Source: a virus (taxonomy: Duplodnaviria; Caudoviricetes). From it: a DNA stretch of 64,000 nt. Both the position numbers and the translations under genes were made by a program. Below the pieces are notes generated by a model that did not search any database, was not told the origin of the DNA, and was given only the letters and a program-made list of their open reading frames with translations. The number at the start of each line of letters is the position of its first letter. Positions within the stretch are counted from its first letter, which is position 1. The DNA is taken from IMG/VR virus record IMGVR_UViG_3300033068_000352, positions 1,191-65,190 of that record; one strand, given 5' to 3'. Below are positions 54,874 through 64,000 of this stretch, piece after piece.

Positions 54874-54998
54874 GTTAGAAGGTTCCTATTACGGTAGTAA
54901 CCTACAAGCGCACGCCAGTTTTTGTTTACCAATCACGGTGGTCCGGTCTTAATCCAACTCCATGCATGGTCCTCTCGGGGAACTGAAACCCGAAGTTG

Positions 54999-55400
54999 TT
55001 ACTGCTTGCCAACCTCAAGGTCGAACTCAGGGATCAAGTTCTCAGGCTTGAGGATCACGCGAGTGTGATACACCGACACGTCAATAGGCTCCTCCTGAAT
55101 GATTGCCACGGAGTCCTGATCGCCCATAATGAACACGTTCTTACGGTACTCATTCTCAGCATACTTGCAGGTCACATCCACGCGGTTGTCGCTGGGATAC
55201 TCGAACGAGCACCGGCCCTCCGCATAGAAGATAATGTTGCCACTAATACCATTGATGCCCACGATGGTGCGCTGGACCTCGAACTGCTCAGCCGCAGTTA
55301 CAATGTTCCGGTCGGCCACGTCTGCATCACTACTACAGGAAGCCAGTAGCGGAATGGCAACCAGCGCCAGCGCCGCAAGTGCGATAAACTTCTTCTTCAT
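54999..55400 (-). CDS. Lipoprotein
   Basis: Signal peptide with lipobox LAS-C; SSDADVA...GRCS. Confidence 0.8.
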   Translation of the reverse strand: MKKKFIALAALALVAIPLLASCSSDADVADRNIVTAAEQFEVQRTIVGINGISGNIIFYAEGRCSFEYPSDNRVDVTCKYAENEYRKNVFIMGDQDSVAIIQEEPIDVSVYHTRVILKPENLIPEFDLEVGKQ

Positions 55401-55488
55401 ATTTCCTCCTCTAAAGTCAAAAGTGAGAGCTATTTCAGATGCTCACGAACTGACCTACCGTTAAAGCACAGAGGCAAAATTATGCTTG

Positions 55489-55899
55489 TTACGAACCGAA
55501 CCCGCCACCAGCGTCACCCGGAGTGAAGCCGTCACTGGAGGCAGCGCCACCAGTAGACTCCAGAACGGTGATCGTACCGAAGCGCAGGCCGATGGCCTTC
55601 TCGGTCACACCGTCCTTCTGGTACTCACGGACCTCCTGCTTGGCATCCTCGATACGAACCTTGTCGCCCTTGCTGATGGACTTGAGGGCGTTGGCGTACT
55701 CACCAGCAGCACTATACGTGTACCACGTAGTGCCGGTCTTGATGAACTCGCCGTCCTTCTTGTAGCCCTCATTAATGGGGACCGCAATTTCCAGCACACC
55801 GCTGGAGCCGTCCTTGTCGTACTTGGGCGTGCGTGCCTCCGAAGCCGCCCAGCCTACAACGGTGGTGGTCGCCCCTACATAGTTTTCTGCGTTACTCAT
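55489..55899 (-). CDS. ssb: Single-stranded DNA-binding protein
   Basis: OB-fold pattern TTWY....G.YA.AL..I.KGD.V; acidic Gly-rich tail. Confidence 0.82.
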   Translation of the reverse strand: MSNAENYVGATTTVVGWAASEARTPKYDKDGSSGVLEIAVPINEGYKKDGEFIKTGTTWYTYSAAGEYANALKSISKGDKVRIEDAKQEVREYQKDGVTEKAIGLRFGTITVLESTGGAASSDGFTPGDAGGGFGS

Positions 55900-55914
55900 A
55901 TTCCTTCTTCCCCT

Positions 55915-56106
55915 TTACTTAATAGCCTTGACGCCAACAATACCAGAACCTGCCACCAGCGCAAGCCAGAACGTGTTCCAGAAGTTAATGCCCTTGTCCA
56001 CAATGTCCGTTACATTCCAAACGATCATGTTGACCTCCAGCACGAACAGTGCCGCTCCAACTGCGATACCCAACAGCACCAGCAGAACGATCCCTACAGT
56101 CTTCAT
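55915..56106 (-). CDS. Two-TM membrane protein
   Basis: Two hydrophobic helices. Confidence 0.7.
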   Translation of the reverse strand: MKTVGIVLLVLLGIAVGAALFVLEVNMIVWNVTDIVDKGINFWNTFWLALVAGSGIVGVKAIK

Positions 56107-56117
56107 TTCTTCTCCTC

Positions 56118-56318
56118 TTAAAACTTCTTCAGTGATACGTCAAAGCCAGTGATATGCTCACTGTCCAATACTACATCAAACCCCTGACTCAACCAGACTC
56201 TGGCCTGAACCAGATCACCGGTCTTGCGCCGGGTCTGCGGGTCTTCGTTCACCCAGTCAATGGCCCATGTTGTTTTACCAGTGGCGGCGCGTCCAGTAGT
56301 AATGATAAGCTCAGCCAT
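56118..56318 (-). pseudogene. Truncated P-loop kinase resembling the PNK N-terminus
   Basis: GRAATGKTTWA and GFDVVLD with the internal segment missing; 66 aa. Confidence 0.6.
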
Positions 56319-56625
56319 TCTTCTTACCAGCCTTCTTGACCGGGCCAGTCAAGCGCTCCAGCGCATCCTTACCGGGAATAACAGCAGCAGCAGCCAGCAG
56401 ATCATCTTTTAGCTTGTCACGCCCCAGCTTCTGAGTGTAGCCCAGATTCCAAGCAGTGTACTTAACCTCACCATCTGGATACCGCTCGGTCAGATCAAAC
56501 ACAGACCTGACAGCTTCGAGCACTCTACTTAGTTCCTTATCGCGTGTAAGCTGAACTTCCTGCCACTTCTGATAATACTCATCACGCTTTTGAGCCACCT
56601 TGGCATGATTCTTATTGCTAATCAT
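56311..56625 (-). CDS. Hypothetical protein
   Basis: ORF track. Confidence 0.65.
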   Translation of the reverse strand: MISNKNHAKVAQKRDEYYQKWQEVQLTRDKELSRVLEAVRSVFDLTERYPDGEVKYTAWNLGYTQKLGRDKLKDDLLAAAAVIPGKDALERLTGPVKKAGKKNG

Positions 56626-57317
56626 TTGTCCTCCTCTTTCAACTTCAGCGGCCAGTCGCCGTTCACGACAGCCTTAGGATCAGTCCTACGGAAATAAGCC
56701 TGCAACCCTGCCGCCTGCTCTTTGGCCCATGACTTCTGAAGCTCATGCAGCTTGTCAAGTCTCAATGTCTTGATATACGGGTCCTCCAGCAGCCTGTAGA
56801 TCAGCTTACCAGACACCACAGCATCCGCCTCGGCATCATGCGCAGCACCGTCGAACTCGATACCATAAGTAGCAGCTTGTGCAACCAGTGTACGCTTGCC
56901 CTTACGGTACGGGTCAATGCGCTTGTCGATGATATACCCGTCGATCACCATATCTGGAATCACTGGCGTGAAACCGTAACGCACAGCCTCATAGTACAGC
57001 AGCGTCAGGTCGTAAGCAAGGTTGAATCCGGCTACCGGAACATTGAACTGGTTGCACCACTCGATAACCCCGATGATATCTCGGATAGCTTCTTCAGGCT
57101 TAGCCGCCTTGACCACATCCTTGTCATAAACGCCATGCACAGCGCTAGCACCCTCAGGAATCGGGATACCCGGATTCACCAACCAAGACTTCGGCCACGT
57201 CAACTCGCCATTAGGCGACACTCGGCCCATGAACGAGGTAACGATTCTATCCTCGTGAACATCAACACCGGTTGTTTCCAAGTCGAATACGACAATAGTA
57301 TCAAGCACCAAACCCAC
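56622..57317 (-). CDS. DnaQ-like 3'-5' exonuclease
   Basis: VFDLETTG, GFNLAYD, AHDAEADA. Confidence 0.92.
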   Translation of the reverse strand: MGLVLDTIVVFDLETTGVDVHEDRIVTSFMGRVSPNGELTWPKSWLVNPGIPIPEGASAVHGVYDKDVVKAAKPEEAIRDIIGVIEWCNQFNVPVAGFNLAYDLTLLYYEAVRYGFTPVIPDMVIDGYIIDKRIDPYRKGKRTLVAQAATYGIEFDGAAHDAEADAVVSGKLIYRLLEDPYIKTLRLDKLHELQKSWAKEQAAGLQAYFRRTDPKAVVNGDWPLKLKEEDK

Positions 57318-58161
57318 CCACCTTAGCTTCTCTCTTCTTCTCTTTAGACTTGCGAGCGGCTTGCGCCTTCAACACTGCACGATAGCCCAAGAACTCTTGG
57401 AACCATTCGTCAGTATCCGTGACCTCGATCAGATCATGCTTTCCTTCAGACTTCTTGTTCCCGAACTCATCGAACTCGGGTGCCCTCAGATGAATGAGCA
57501 AAACCCTGTCGAACTGTGGTACCGGCAACTCCTCCCACGCACCGTCTGCAAGTTTGTGCATGAGAACATCAGCATTAATCAGTGCAGAAATCTGCATGTG
57601 ATGACCGGGCCAAGTGTTCTTCGAAGTCTTCAGGTCGATGAACGCAACGAAGCTTTCACCGGTCACCTTGTGGGTGAAACGCCACAAGCCGTCAGCCGTA
57701 CCAGCGTACTCATGTGTGAGACTCCACATTGTGAACTCCGAAAGGATAGGTTCGATATCCCACTCCTCGTTCAGCTTACGCCACTCCTCGACCATGAGCA
57801 ACTGTTCGTCGTCAAGCTCGGGGATCATCCAGCTACCAGTGTGCTCGGCCTCAACATAGTCGTGAACTCCGGTACCGACAAAAGCGCGGGTGTCCCGCTG
57901 GTCACGCCAACGGTACTTCGCCACATTAATCCCACGCTCCACACTCATTGACAAAAGTTTGTCAACATTGCGTACTGCCCAGTCAACCGTCAAGTTCACC
58001 GCCCATTGGATGAGCGCTGATTTGTCTTCCAGCTTCAGCACAGTAGTCACTGAGGGGGCGAGAAGCGGCTTGCCTTCAGCGTCCGTTCTGAACGGATGCT
58101 TGTATTGCCTGCCTTTGCCCTCACCCTCCCCGGTGTACTGGCTTAGCTCTGGCCGACTCAC
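57301..58161 (-). CDS. PD-(D/E)xK (Cas4-like) exonuclease
   Basis: PSVTTVL, GTGVH, E...YAGTADG, DLKTS, QISA. Confidence 0.88.
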   Translation of the reverse strand: MSRPELSQYTGEGEGKGRQYKHPFRTDAEGKPLLAPSVTTVLKLEDKSALIQWAVNLTVDWAVRNVDKLLSMSVERGINVAKYRWRDQRDTRAFVGTGVHDYVEAEHTGSWMIPELDDEQLLMVEEWRKLNEEWDIEPILSEFTMWSLTHEYAGTADGLWRFTHKVTGESFVAFIDLKTSKNTWPGHHMQISALINADVLMHKLADGAWEELPVPQFDRVLLIHLRAPEFDEFGNKKSEGKHDLIEVTDTDEWFQEFLGYRAVLKAQAARKSKEKKREAKVGGFGA

Positions 58162-58838
58162 GCGGGAAGCTGGCCCTTCTCAATAGCATCAAGAACCTTT
58201 TGCAGATCAGTCGGGTTGGAGAACCACGTCTTACGCGGCTTGCCACTAATCTCATCACCCAGTGCGTTCACAACCTCGAAGTCATAAACATTAGATGCCT
58301 CAACCTTAGCAGCGATCTGCGTCTGAAGTTCGGCAGCGCTGGACTCCTTCTTGATCTGCGCCTCGGTCTTCTTGGCCGCAGGCTTCTCCTCAGGCACACC
58401 GTCCTTGGCCGCATCCTCCACCGACTGCTCGGTGATCAGGAACGTGCGAAGCAGGGCGTTCTTCAGGGCATTAGTCGAAGCAATGTTCGAAGCAACAGCC
58501 GTACCGATAGCAAGACCATCACCCACACCGCCCACAGTAACGTTGGAACCGTCAATGGATGAGATGATAGTGTAACTACCCTCGATGACAATAGCCACTG
58601 TCAAACGATTGTTGTTGTTGATCACCTCATGGCGGATAACGTGCTCATTGGGGATAATCACCAGCTTCTCAGCCACGAACTGGCGCTTAGTCTCAGCACT
58701 CGCATCAACTGCCGTAATGTAGGGCTTGCCACCCATATTGCCGGGAAGCGTACCGTTCTTATCGACGCTCATCTTGCCCAGAATGCTCTGAATTGCGGTG
58801 ATAACCGCAGGAACCTTAGGCTCTGTTGCCTCTGTCAT
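58158..58838 (-). CDS. ERF-family single-strand annealing protein
   Basis: G.GDG...A...ASTNALKNALLRTFLI; adjacent to the exonuclease. Confidence 0.75.
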   Translation of the reverse strand: MTEATEPKVPAVITAIQSILGKMSVDKNGTLPGNMGGKPYITAVDASAETKRQFVAEKLVIIPNEHVIRHEVINNNNRLTVAIVIEGSYTIISSIDGSNVTVGGVGDGLAIGTAVASNIASTNALKNALLRTFLITEQSVEDAAKDGVPEEKPAAKKTEAQIKKESSAAELQTQIAAKVEASNVYDFEVVNALGDEISGKPRKTWFSNPTDLQKVLDAIEKGQLPA

Positions 58839-58851
58839 ATTCTTCTCCTCT

Positions 58852-59547
58852 TTACTTGCTGCTCAATGCAATCATCTTACCATCATAAAAAACCCTCTGA
58901 CCGGCCACCATCCACGACCCTATAGGAGCGGCAGACTTCATCCGCGCTAAGCACTCTACAACAAGTGGACAGCCTCCACACAGTCGCTTGGCATCCTCGT
59001 TTGACATTTCAGTGTCACTGAAATAGTCTTCCGGGTGCGGTTCGCACTTCGGTCGGCCCCTGTCGTCAACCGCGTAGTTCACGGCGTCCTGAGCCTTGCC
59101 CTCTTCTGGGGTTGTGATCAAATATGCTAACGGATTCTTCTTGATATCTGTATTCCCCAGTGTTGCCCGATAGTCCTCAACGGGAATGCCCAGACGCTTA
59201 GCGGCTCTGCGCTCGCGTGCTAGTTGTGACTCCCGTTCATTGATTCTATCACGAGTATGCCGGGAGAGTGAGGACTTGTAAGCCTTGGCCTTCTCTGCTT
59301 TACATATAAGACAGCGCCGCTCTGTATAGCCTACCGCGTTGACATAATCACGGTATGATCCCTCAACAAACTTGTGACCAGCCGCGCACTCTGTATTCTT
59401 GGTGTTCGGTGGCCTTCCCTTCTTCTCCAGAGCATCCAGAACCCACGGGTCAATCTCGTAGGTGCCTACCACACTCTTCTTGTCGGAAACTTTGGACCAA
59501 TAACTAGTCTCCATCTTCTCGCTGACAATATTGTTTCGTTTAGTCAT
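58852..59547 (-). CDS. WhiB-like regulator with an N-terminal zinc finger
   Basis: C.AGH..C..C N-terminus; C-terminal C...PEDYF...AKRLCGGCPL..EC. Confidence 0.65.
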   Translation of the reverse strand: MTKRNNIVSEKMETSYWSKVSDKKSVVGTYEIDPWVLDALEKKGRPPNTKNTECAAGHKFVEGSYRDYVNAVGYTERRCLICKAEKAKAYKSSLSRHTRDRINERESQLARERRAAKRLGIPVEDYRATLGNTDIKKNPLAYLITTPEEGKAQDAVNYAVDDRGRPKCEPHPEDYFSDTEMSNEDAKRLCGGCPLVVECLARMKSAAPIGSWMVAGQRVFYDGKMIALSSK

Positions 59548-60143
59548 AGGCGAATGTTCCTAGCGAACACGGCAACTGACAGCATCTTGCTCATAAAAAC
59601 GTAGGAGAGAGGGATAATCACCGCCATGAAGGTTCCAGCCCATAGTTCCGGATTGCCAAAGTTGTACTCATGGTACTTGATCGTATGGAATGCGCTGGAA
59701 ACCACTGTCACGGAGGAGAAGAACACGGTGAGGTACCACCACGGCTTGGCCTCCTTCTCGGCGTTCTCGTAGGGCCGCGAACCGATCATCAGGTAGCCCA
59801 TCAGAAACCCAAGGATGGCAATCTCGATAGCAGCGAAAGCTCCTACCCGCATCCAGTCAACGGCAACCCCCATCAAACCCGCAACATCGATAGTGGCATT
59901 TGCTGTGAGAATAGCGCCACCGATGAAAGCTACCAATGTAAGACCAATAAGAACCCAGAGCGTGGGCTTCTGGTCCACTTGAACCAGTTCTACACGCTTC
60001 GACTCCTGCTTCAGGAAGCGGTCAATCTTCTCCTGCTCTAGCTTAGCCTCAGCTTCCTGCCTCGCACTGCTGGCCTGAATCTGCAAGCGCTCCACATTGG
60101 TCTTGCGACCGGCGCGCTTCTTCTCGATAGTTGCTACTGTCAT
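59544..60143 (-). CDS. Multi-pass membrane protein
   Basis: Four TM helices after a basic helical N-terminus. Confidence 0.75.
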   Translation of the reverse strand: MTVATIEKKRAGRKTNVERLQIQASSARQEAEAKLEQEKIDRFLKQESKRVELVQVDQKPTLWVLIGLTLVAFIGGAILTANATIDVAGLMGVAVDWMRVGAFAAIEIAILGFLMGYLMIGSRPYENAEKEAKPWWYLTVFFSSVTVVSSAFHTIKYHEYNFGNPELWAGTFMAVIIPLSYVFMSKMLSVAVFARNIRL

Positions 60144-60361
60144 TCTGTCTCCTCAATGCTGGACTTGCCGACCTCATAAAACGTTATACTGTAGTCCGTC
60201 CATGTGTCAACGTTATCTTTATTCGGCCTGCCTTGAATCTTAATTAGATGGTCAAGCTCAGCAGAAGCTTCATCCTCGGACCACCAGACGGATACAACCT
60301 CATTCCAAATGGTGTCATATTCTCCGCTAACCCCCTCAATGGCCCATATTCGGTTATCCAT
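60140..60361 (-). CDS. Hypothetical protein
   Basis: ORF track. Confidence 0.65.
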   Translation of the reverse strand: MDNRIWAIEGVSGEYDTIWNEVVSVWWSEDEASAELDHLIKIQGRPNKDNVDTWTDYSITFYEVGKSSIEETE

Positions 60362-61925
60362 TTCTTTTCCTCACTTTCGCTCTGCGGTTCGCTTGAATCT
60401 CACGATCAATCAATGTCACGAACTGCGGTTCATCGATGGTACCACGCGCAATGATCCATGCAACACGCACGATCTTGGACGCCTGACCACGACGAATCGT
60501 GCGGGCCTTCGACTGCTTGCCTTCCACCATGGAATCATCCGATGATACGTACAACATATTATGCGCCACTCTTTGGAGTCCATCTGTTCCAGTGCCAACA
60601 GCCTTAATCACTGCAACCATATACTTGTACCGCCCGTTCAGGAAGTCAGCCTTATCCTCGTTGCGCTTCTTGCGTGGAATCTTACCATGCCATGAGCGTG
60701 CCACCTCACCACCGTATCTCTTGTTGATGCGGTAGGTAAGAACATCGGCGAACTGCTGGCTGTCCGTGTAGATCAGCGCCTCCTCGCCCTCGAAGAACCC
60801 CTCAAGCACTGCGAACAAGCCGTTCTCAGGGTCATCAATCTTAGCAGAAAGGCAGTCCAGATCGAATGACACTTTAATGTCAATCTCCCCATCTTCCTTC
60901 TCGATATATTCCACTTCAGGCATACCCAATGTGGCTTGGCGCTGACGAATCCTCTTGGTGATCGGGAACTTCACAACCATAGGGTTGTCTTCGATCCACG
61001 CCACCATCTTAGCCTCAAGCTCATCATACACGCGACGCTGCTCCGGATAAAGGTCTACGAAGAAAGTCTCCGGAATAACCTCGATATCGAAGTCTGCTTT
61101 GATGTGGATGTAGCATGGTAAACTCGAAACGAATGCTCCCGGGTCCCGCTCGCCGATGACCTCAATATTGCCGGTCTTGAACGGGGAGTACTTAGTCTCA
61201 GCCCACTTACTGCGCCACACTGCTGCACTCGCGTCGATTTTAGTCGGCCAAATCCATAGCGTAACCGGGTGCGCACCGCCGAAACCGTTGCCCTCGAACG
61301 TGCCGCTGGCCCCAATCCGCTTCATGCGTGCCTTTGGGTTGCCTTTGCCACCATTCAGACCACCGCCACGGAGGGTCTTGAACGTCACGCTGTCAAGACT
61401 CTGGGCACGATGGACCTCATCGAAAATGATAATATCCACAGTCACATCCCAAACATCCGTGCGGACCTTCTTGTAAACGTCTTCCCAAACTTTGGTCTTC
61501 TGATTGAACTTTTTCTTGGGTGTCTTGTCCCGGTTGAACTGCTGCACCTTTTCCCAGCCCATGCGGCAGAACATCTCATGGCCCACGAAGTAGACGCCCG
61601 GTGCGCCCCACTGTAATGCTGCTAGTGCCTTCTTGCCTGACACCGTACTGTCAATCTGGTAGAACGGGATAGAAATCTGCTGCTGCTGGTGGGTGCCCTT
61701 CCAGCCTTCGGAATACTCTGCAAGTTCGCCGTAGTTCTTACCCAGCGTCTGCAAGGGGGCTACTACCAGAACCTGCTTAGCTTTGGACTCCTCCACGTAG
61801 GTCAGAGCCAGAAGCGTCTTGCCGGTGCCTGTGTCCGCCGCAAGCAGTACCCCGCCCGAGGTGTCAGCAAGCATCTCATCCACTGCTGCACGCTGGATCG
61901 GATCAAGCTGGAAAGGTTCAAGCAT
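60354..61925 (-). CDS. SF2 DNA helicase
   Basis: DTGTGKT, IFDEVH, SGT, GTGTDGLQ, QSKARTIRRGQ. Confidence 0.92.
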   Translation of the reverse strand: MLEPFQLDPIQRAAVDEMLADTSGGVLLAADTGTGKTLLALTYVEESKAKQVLVVAPLQTLGKNYGELAEYSEGWKGTHQQQQISIPFYQIDSTVSGKKALAALQWGAPGVYFVGHEMFCRMGWEKVQQFNRDKTPKKKFNQKTKVWEDVYKKVRTDVWDVTVDIIIFDEVHRAQSLDSVTFKTLRGGGLNGGKGNPKARMKRIGASGTFEGNGFGGAHPVTLWIWPTKIDASAAVWRSKWAETKYSPFKTGNIEVIGERDPGAFVSSLPCYIHIKADFDIEVIPETFFVDLYPEQRRVYDELEAKMVAWIEDNPMVVKFPITKRIRQRQATLGMPEVEYIEKEDGEIDIKVSFDLDCLSAKIDDPENGLFAVLEGFFEGEEALIYTDSQQFADVLTYRINKRYGGEVARSWHGKIPRKKRNEDKADFLNGRYKYMVAVIKAVGTGTDGLQRVAHNMLYVSSDDSMVEGKQSKARTIRRGQASKIVRVAWIIARGTIDEPQFVTLIDREIQANRRAKVRKRNG

Positions 61926-62188
61926 GGAACTTACTCCAATGGTTAATGAAGTGCATTAAATTTTCTGAATCACTACCAACGTGTCGCCAAGGGCACAGAG
62001 AACAATGCACGGAACCTTCGCTTAGTTTTATGGGAATGTAATCTTCAGTCAAGAGAACGCCTTAGTCTTATGGTCTTCGCATGTAAAAACGAACTCCAAA
62101 CCCTTGTCGGATTCATCGGTAACCAGAACGGAAGCTTGTCGCCAGCAGAATTCACAGTCCACATAGTTCAAGTCAATAAATCCTCGCA

Positions 62189-62377
62189 TCAGTAGCGGCT
62201 CCTTGTCATGTAAGGATCAAGTTCCACAATCGTAGCGTTGATATCGTAATCGAAGTCTTCATAGATGAGAGCGTGAGCTAGCTGTGCATCATGGTCATCC
62301 TCGTAAGGACCATAAGCCGTAACGTGTCCGTCCTCATCCACGGCAACAATGACTCGCAGTTTTTCTTCATCCATCAT
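62189..62377 (-). CDS. Hypothetical protein
   Basis: ORF track. Confidence 0.6.
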   Translation of the reverse strand: MMDEEKLRVIVAVDEDGHVTAYGPYEDDHDAQLAHALIYEDFDYDINATIVELDPYMTRSRY

Positions 62378-62765
62378 TTCTCCTTAAAAAGTAAATCCCA
62401 GACTTCGATTTCCCGCCAAAAATTTTAGTGCCAATTTGCAACGCGCGGAATTTCAGAATACCGGATCAAATTCTGTATCGTCTCTTCGGCTTCATCTTCA
62501 CCAACCACCCGCTCAACGTTAGCACGTTTACCACTAGCATCTTGAATTCGCAAGAATATGCCCTTAGCCTGCAAAGTCTTCCCAGATTTCCTTAAGACGG
62601 CGGTGCAGAAGATTCTCATTGAAACGCTCATAATAGCCTTGAGGGGCGCACTCACTAACAATGTCGTCCACTAATTTCATAGCCTTCTTAAAGCCTTCAT
62701 CGTAAGTCTGTTGTGTTGCATCATACTCACCGGGCCTACCGCTATACGCCTGTCGGGCGAATGAA

Positions 62766-63053
62766 CTAGCCATTATCCCTCGGTTCAAGCGCAGTTGCCT
62801 CAGTAATGGCGGTGCGCGTCGGGCAAGGCCCATAGGTGCGGCAGACCGGGCACCCACTCGCGTCCCTGTCGCCGTAGCTACGGGCGGGCATCGACATAAT
62901 CGGGTGCTGCACGAGCACGGCGTTACGGATGTCCTCGAGCCAGCGGTCGAACTCGCCCTCGTGCTCGGTGCGCGAATCCATGAACTTCGGAGCGCCTTTC
63001 ACGAAGCAGTCGCGAATTTGCTTGGTCGTTGGCGTGTACGGCGTGAGCGTCAT
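62766..63053 (-). CDS. Hypothetical GC-rich protein with C..C....PCPT
   Basis: ORF track; YTPTT..IR..F and EFDRWL motifs. Confidence 0.75.
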   Translation of the reverse strand: MTLTPYTPTTKQIRDCFVKGAPKFMDSRTEHEGEFDRWLEDIRNAVLVQHPIMSMPARSYGDRDASGCPVCRTYGPCPTRTAITEATALEPRDNG

Positions 63054-63083
63054 TCTTCGACCCCTTCCGGACGATCCTGAGAT

Positions 63084-63659
63084 TCACGCACGGTGCAGCC
63101 CAAACCCCTGAAGACGGCCCCAGATGAACATCAGCCCGCCGAGGAGCACCGTAAGGCCAGCAGAAATAGGTGCCATGGGGTTAATCTCCGTAGCAGTATA
63201 CGCAAGCTCAGGCTCCGTTGACACCGGAACGTCAACCGGAGGCGTCACCACCGGTGGGACAACAACTGGAGGGACCACACACGCGGCAGTGTTGATCACA
63301 TGGTAAGCCACATTATCACCACCGGGGATTAAGTCCTCCTGCGGATTATTCGGCCCCACCAGAACCCCGCCAGCGATCAGCGCATCCGTAATAGGACCAG
63401 AATTGTAGATATCGATCTGGTAAGCAGAACCACACTCCAGAGTCGAATCCAGCGCCGTCAGGTCTGGAACAGTAATACCCAGAGAGGCGTGATAGGTTTG
63501 CGGAACAGCCCAAACGTCCATCGGGTCAGATACATTCCATGCCACAATCGTATACGGCTCAACAACCACGGCATTCGCCGCACCAGCACCACCGAACACT
63601 GCCACACCCAGAAGCGCCGCCCCCGCACACGCCCCAATAATCAGTCCTGCTCTACTCAT
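63084..63659 (-). CDS. Secreted cell-surface protein with an LAxT-type sorting signal
   Basis: Signal peptide ending ANA; CVVPPVVVPPVV linker; ELAYTA, a TM helix and a basic tail. Confidence 0.75.
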   Translation of the reverse strand: MSRAGLIIGACAGAALLGVAVFGGAGAANAVVVEPYTIVAWNVSDPMDVWAVPQTYHASLGITVPDLTALDSTLECGSAYQIDIYNSGPITDALIAGGVLVGPNNPQEDLIPGGDNVAYHVINTAACVVPPVVVPPVVTPPVDVPVSTEPELAYTATEINPMAPISAGLTVLLGGLMFIWGRLQGFGLHRA

Positions 63660-63778
63660 CTTCATACCCCTCAATCTCATTGGAATAACCACCCTTGGAT
63701 CGCCAAAAATCGTTCTCATCCTTCAGGTCGGAAACAACCTGTGCGCCCTCGGCTTCACTGAACCGTAGGAAGTTCTTA

Positions 63779-63964
63779 CTACTCGTCGTACCAAACACTG
63801 TCTGCATGTGACTCCCAGCCCCTTTCGTATGCTCGATCTGCGGCCATATTTAGACCCGCGATAAGTGCTTCGTGATGATTGTTTACCGACTGGTCGTAAG
63901 TCGCCAGAAAACCCTCAGTGTAATCGTCCCATACCTGAGGATCGTTTATCTGGATCACAACCAC
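63779..63964 (-). CDS. Hypothetical protein
   Basis: ORF track. Confidence 0.6.
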   Translation of the reverse strand: MVVIQINDPQVWDDYTEGFLATYDQSVNNHHEALIAGLNMAADRAYERGWESHADSVWYDE

Positions 63965-64000
63965 TCCACCATCCTCGTCACGGCATCATTGTCCTCGAAG

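Noticed and set aside
6025-56005. Additional TTGTCCACA DnaA-like boxes near 6025 and 55995
   Set aside because: Single copies inside coding sequence, consistent with chance.
1-64000. Lysogeny module, IS elements or introns
   Set aside because: No integrase, repressor, transposase or intron-interrupted core gene was recognised.

Overview
This window is most of a lytic siphovirus genome, probably infecting an actinobacterium (Micrococcales-like); host is inferred from a WhiB-like gene, an M23 endolysin, an r1t-type holin, an LAxT sorting signal and many leaderless promoters. It has four parts: (i) 1-14.7 kb, leftward accessory genes including an amidoligase plus Ntn glutamine amidotransferase pair, SH3/KOW-like paralogues, a SprT-like protein and a tRNA-like ncRNA; (ii) a strand switch with a C-poor low-complexity tract at about 15.3-15.9 kb; (iii) a rightward arm with MazG-like and small genes, six tRNAs, terminase, portal, protease, capsid, tail and lysis genes (16-42 kb); (iv) a leftward replication, nucleotide and RNA-repair arm with a seventh tRNA (42-64 kb). 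No integrase, repressor or replicative DNA polymerase was recognised in the window. The best candidate for a new system is a predicted ribosome-mediated attenuator at 19771-19903. A leaderless 17-aa peptide carries six consecutive Gln/Asn/His/Pro codons, followed by antiterminator and terminator hairpins, directly upstream of the tRNA-Asn, -Gln, -Pro and -His genes. All calls come from manual reading and motif recall; no searches or folding programs were run.
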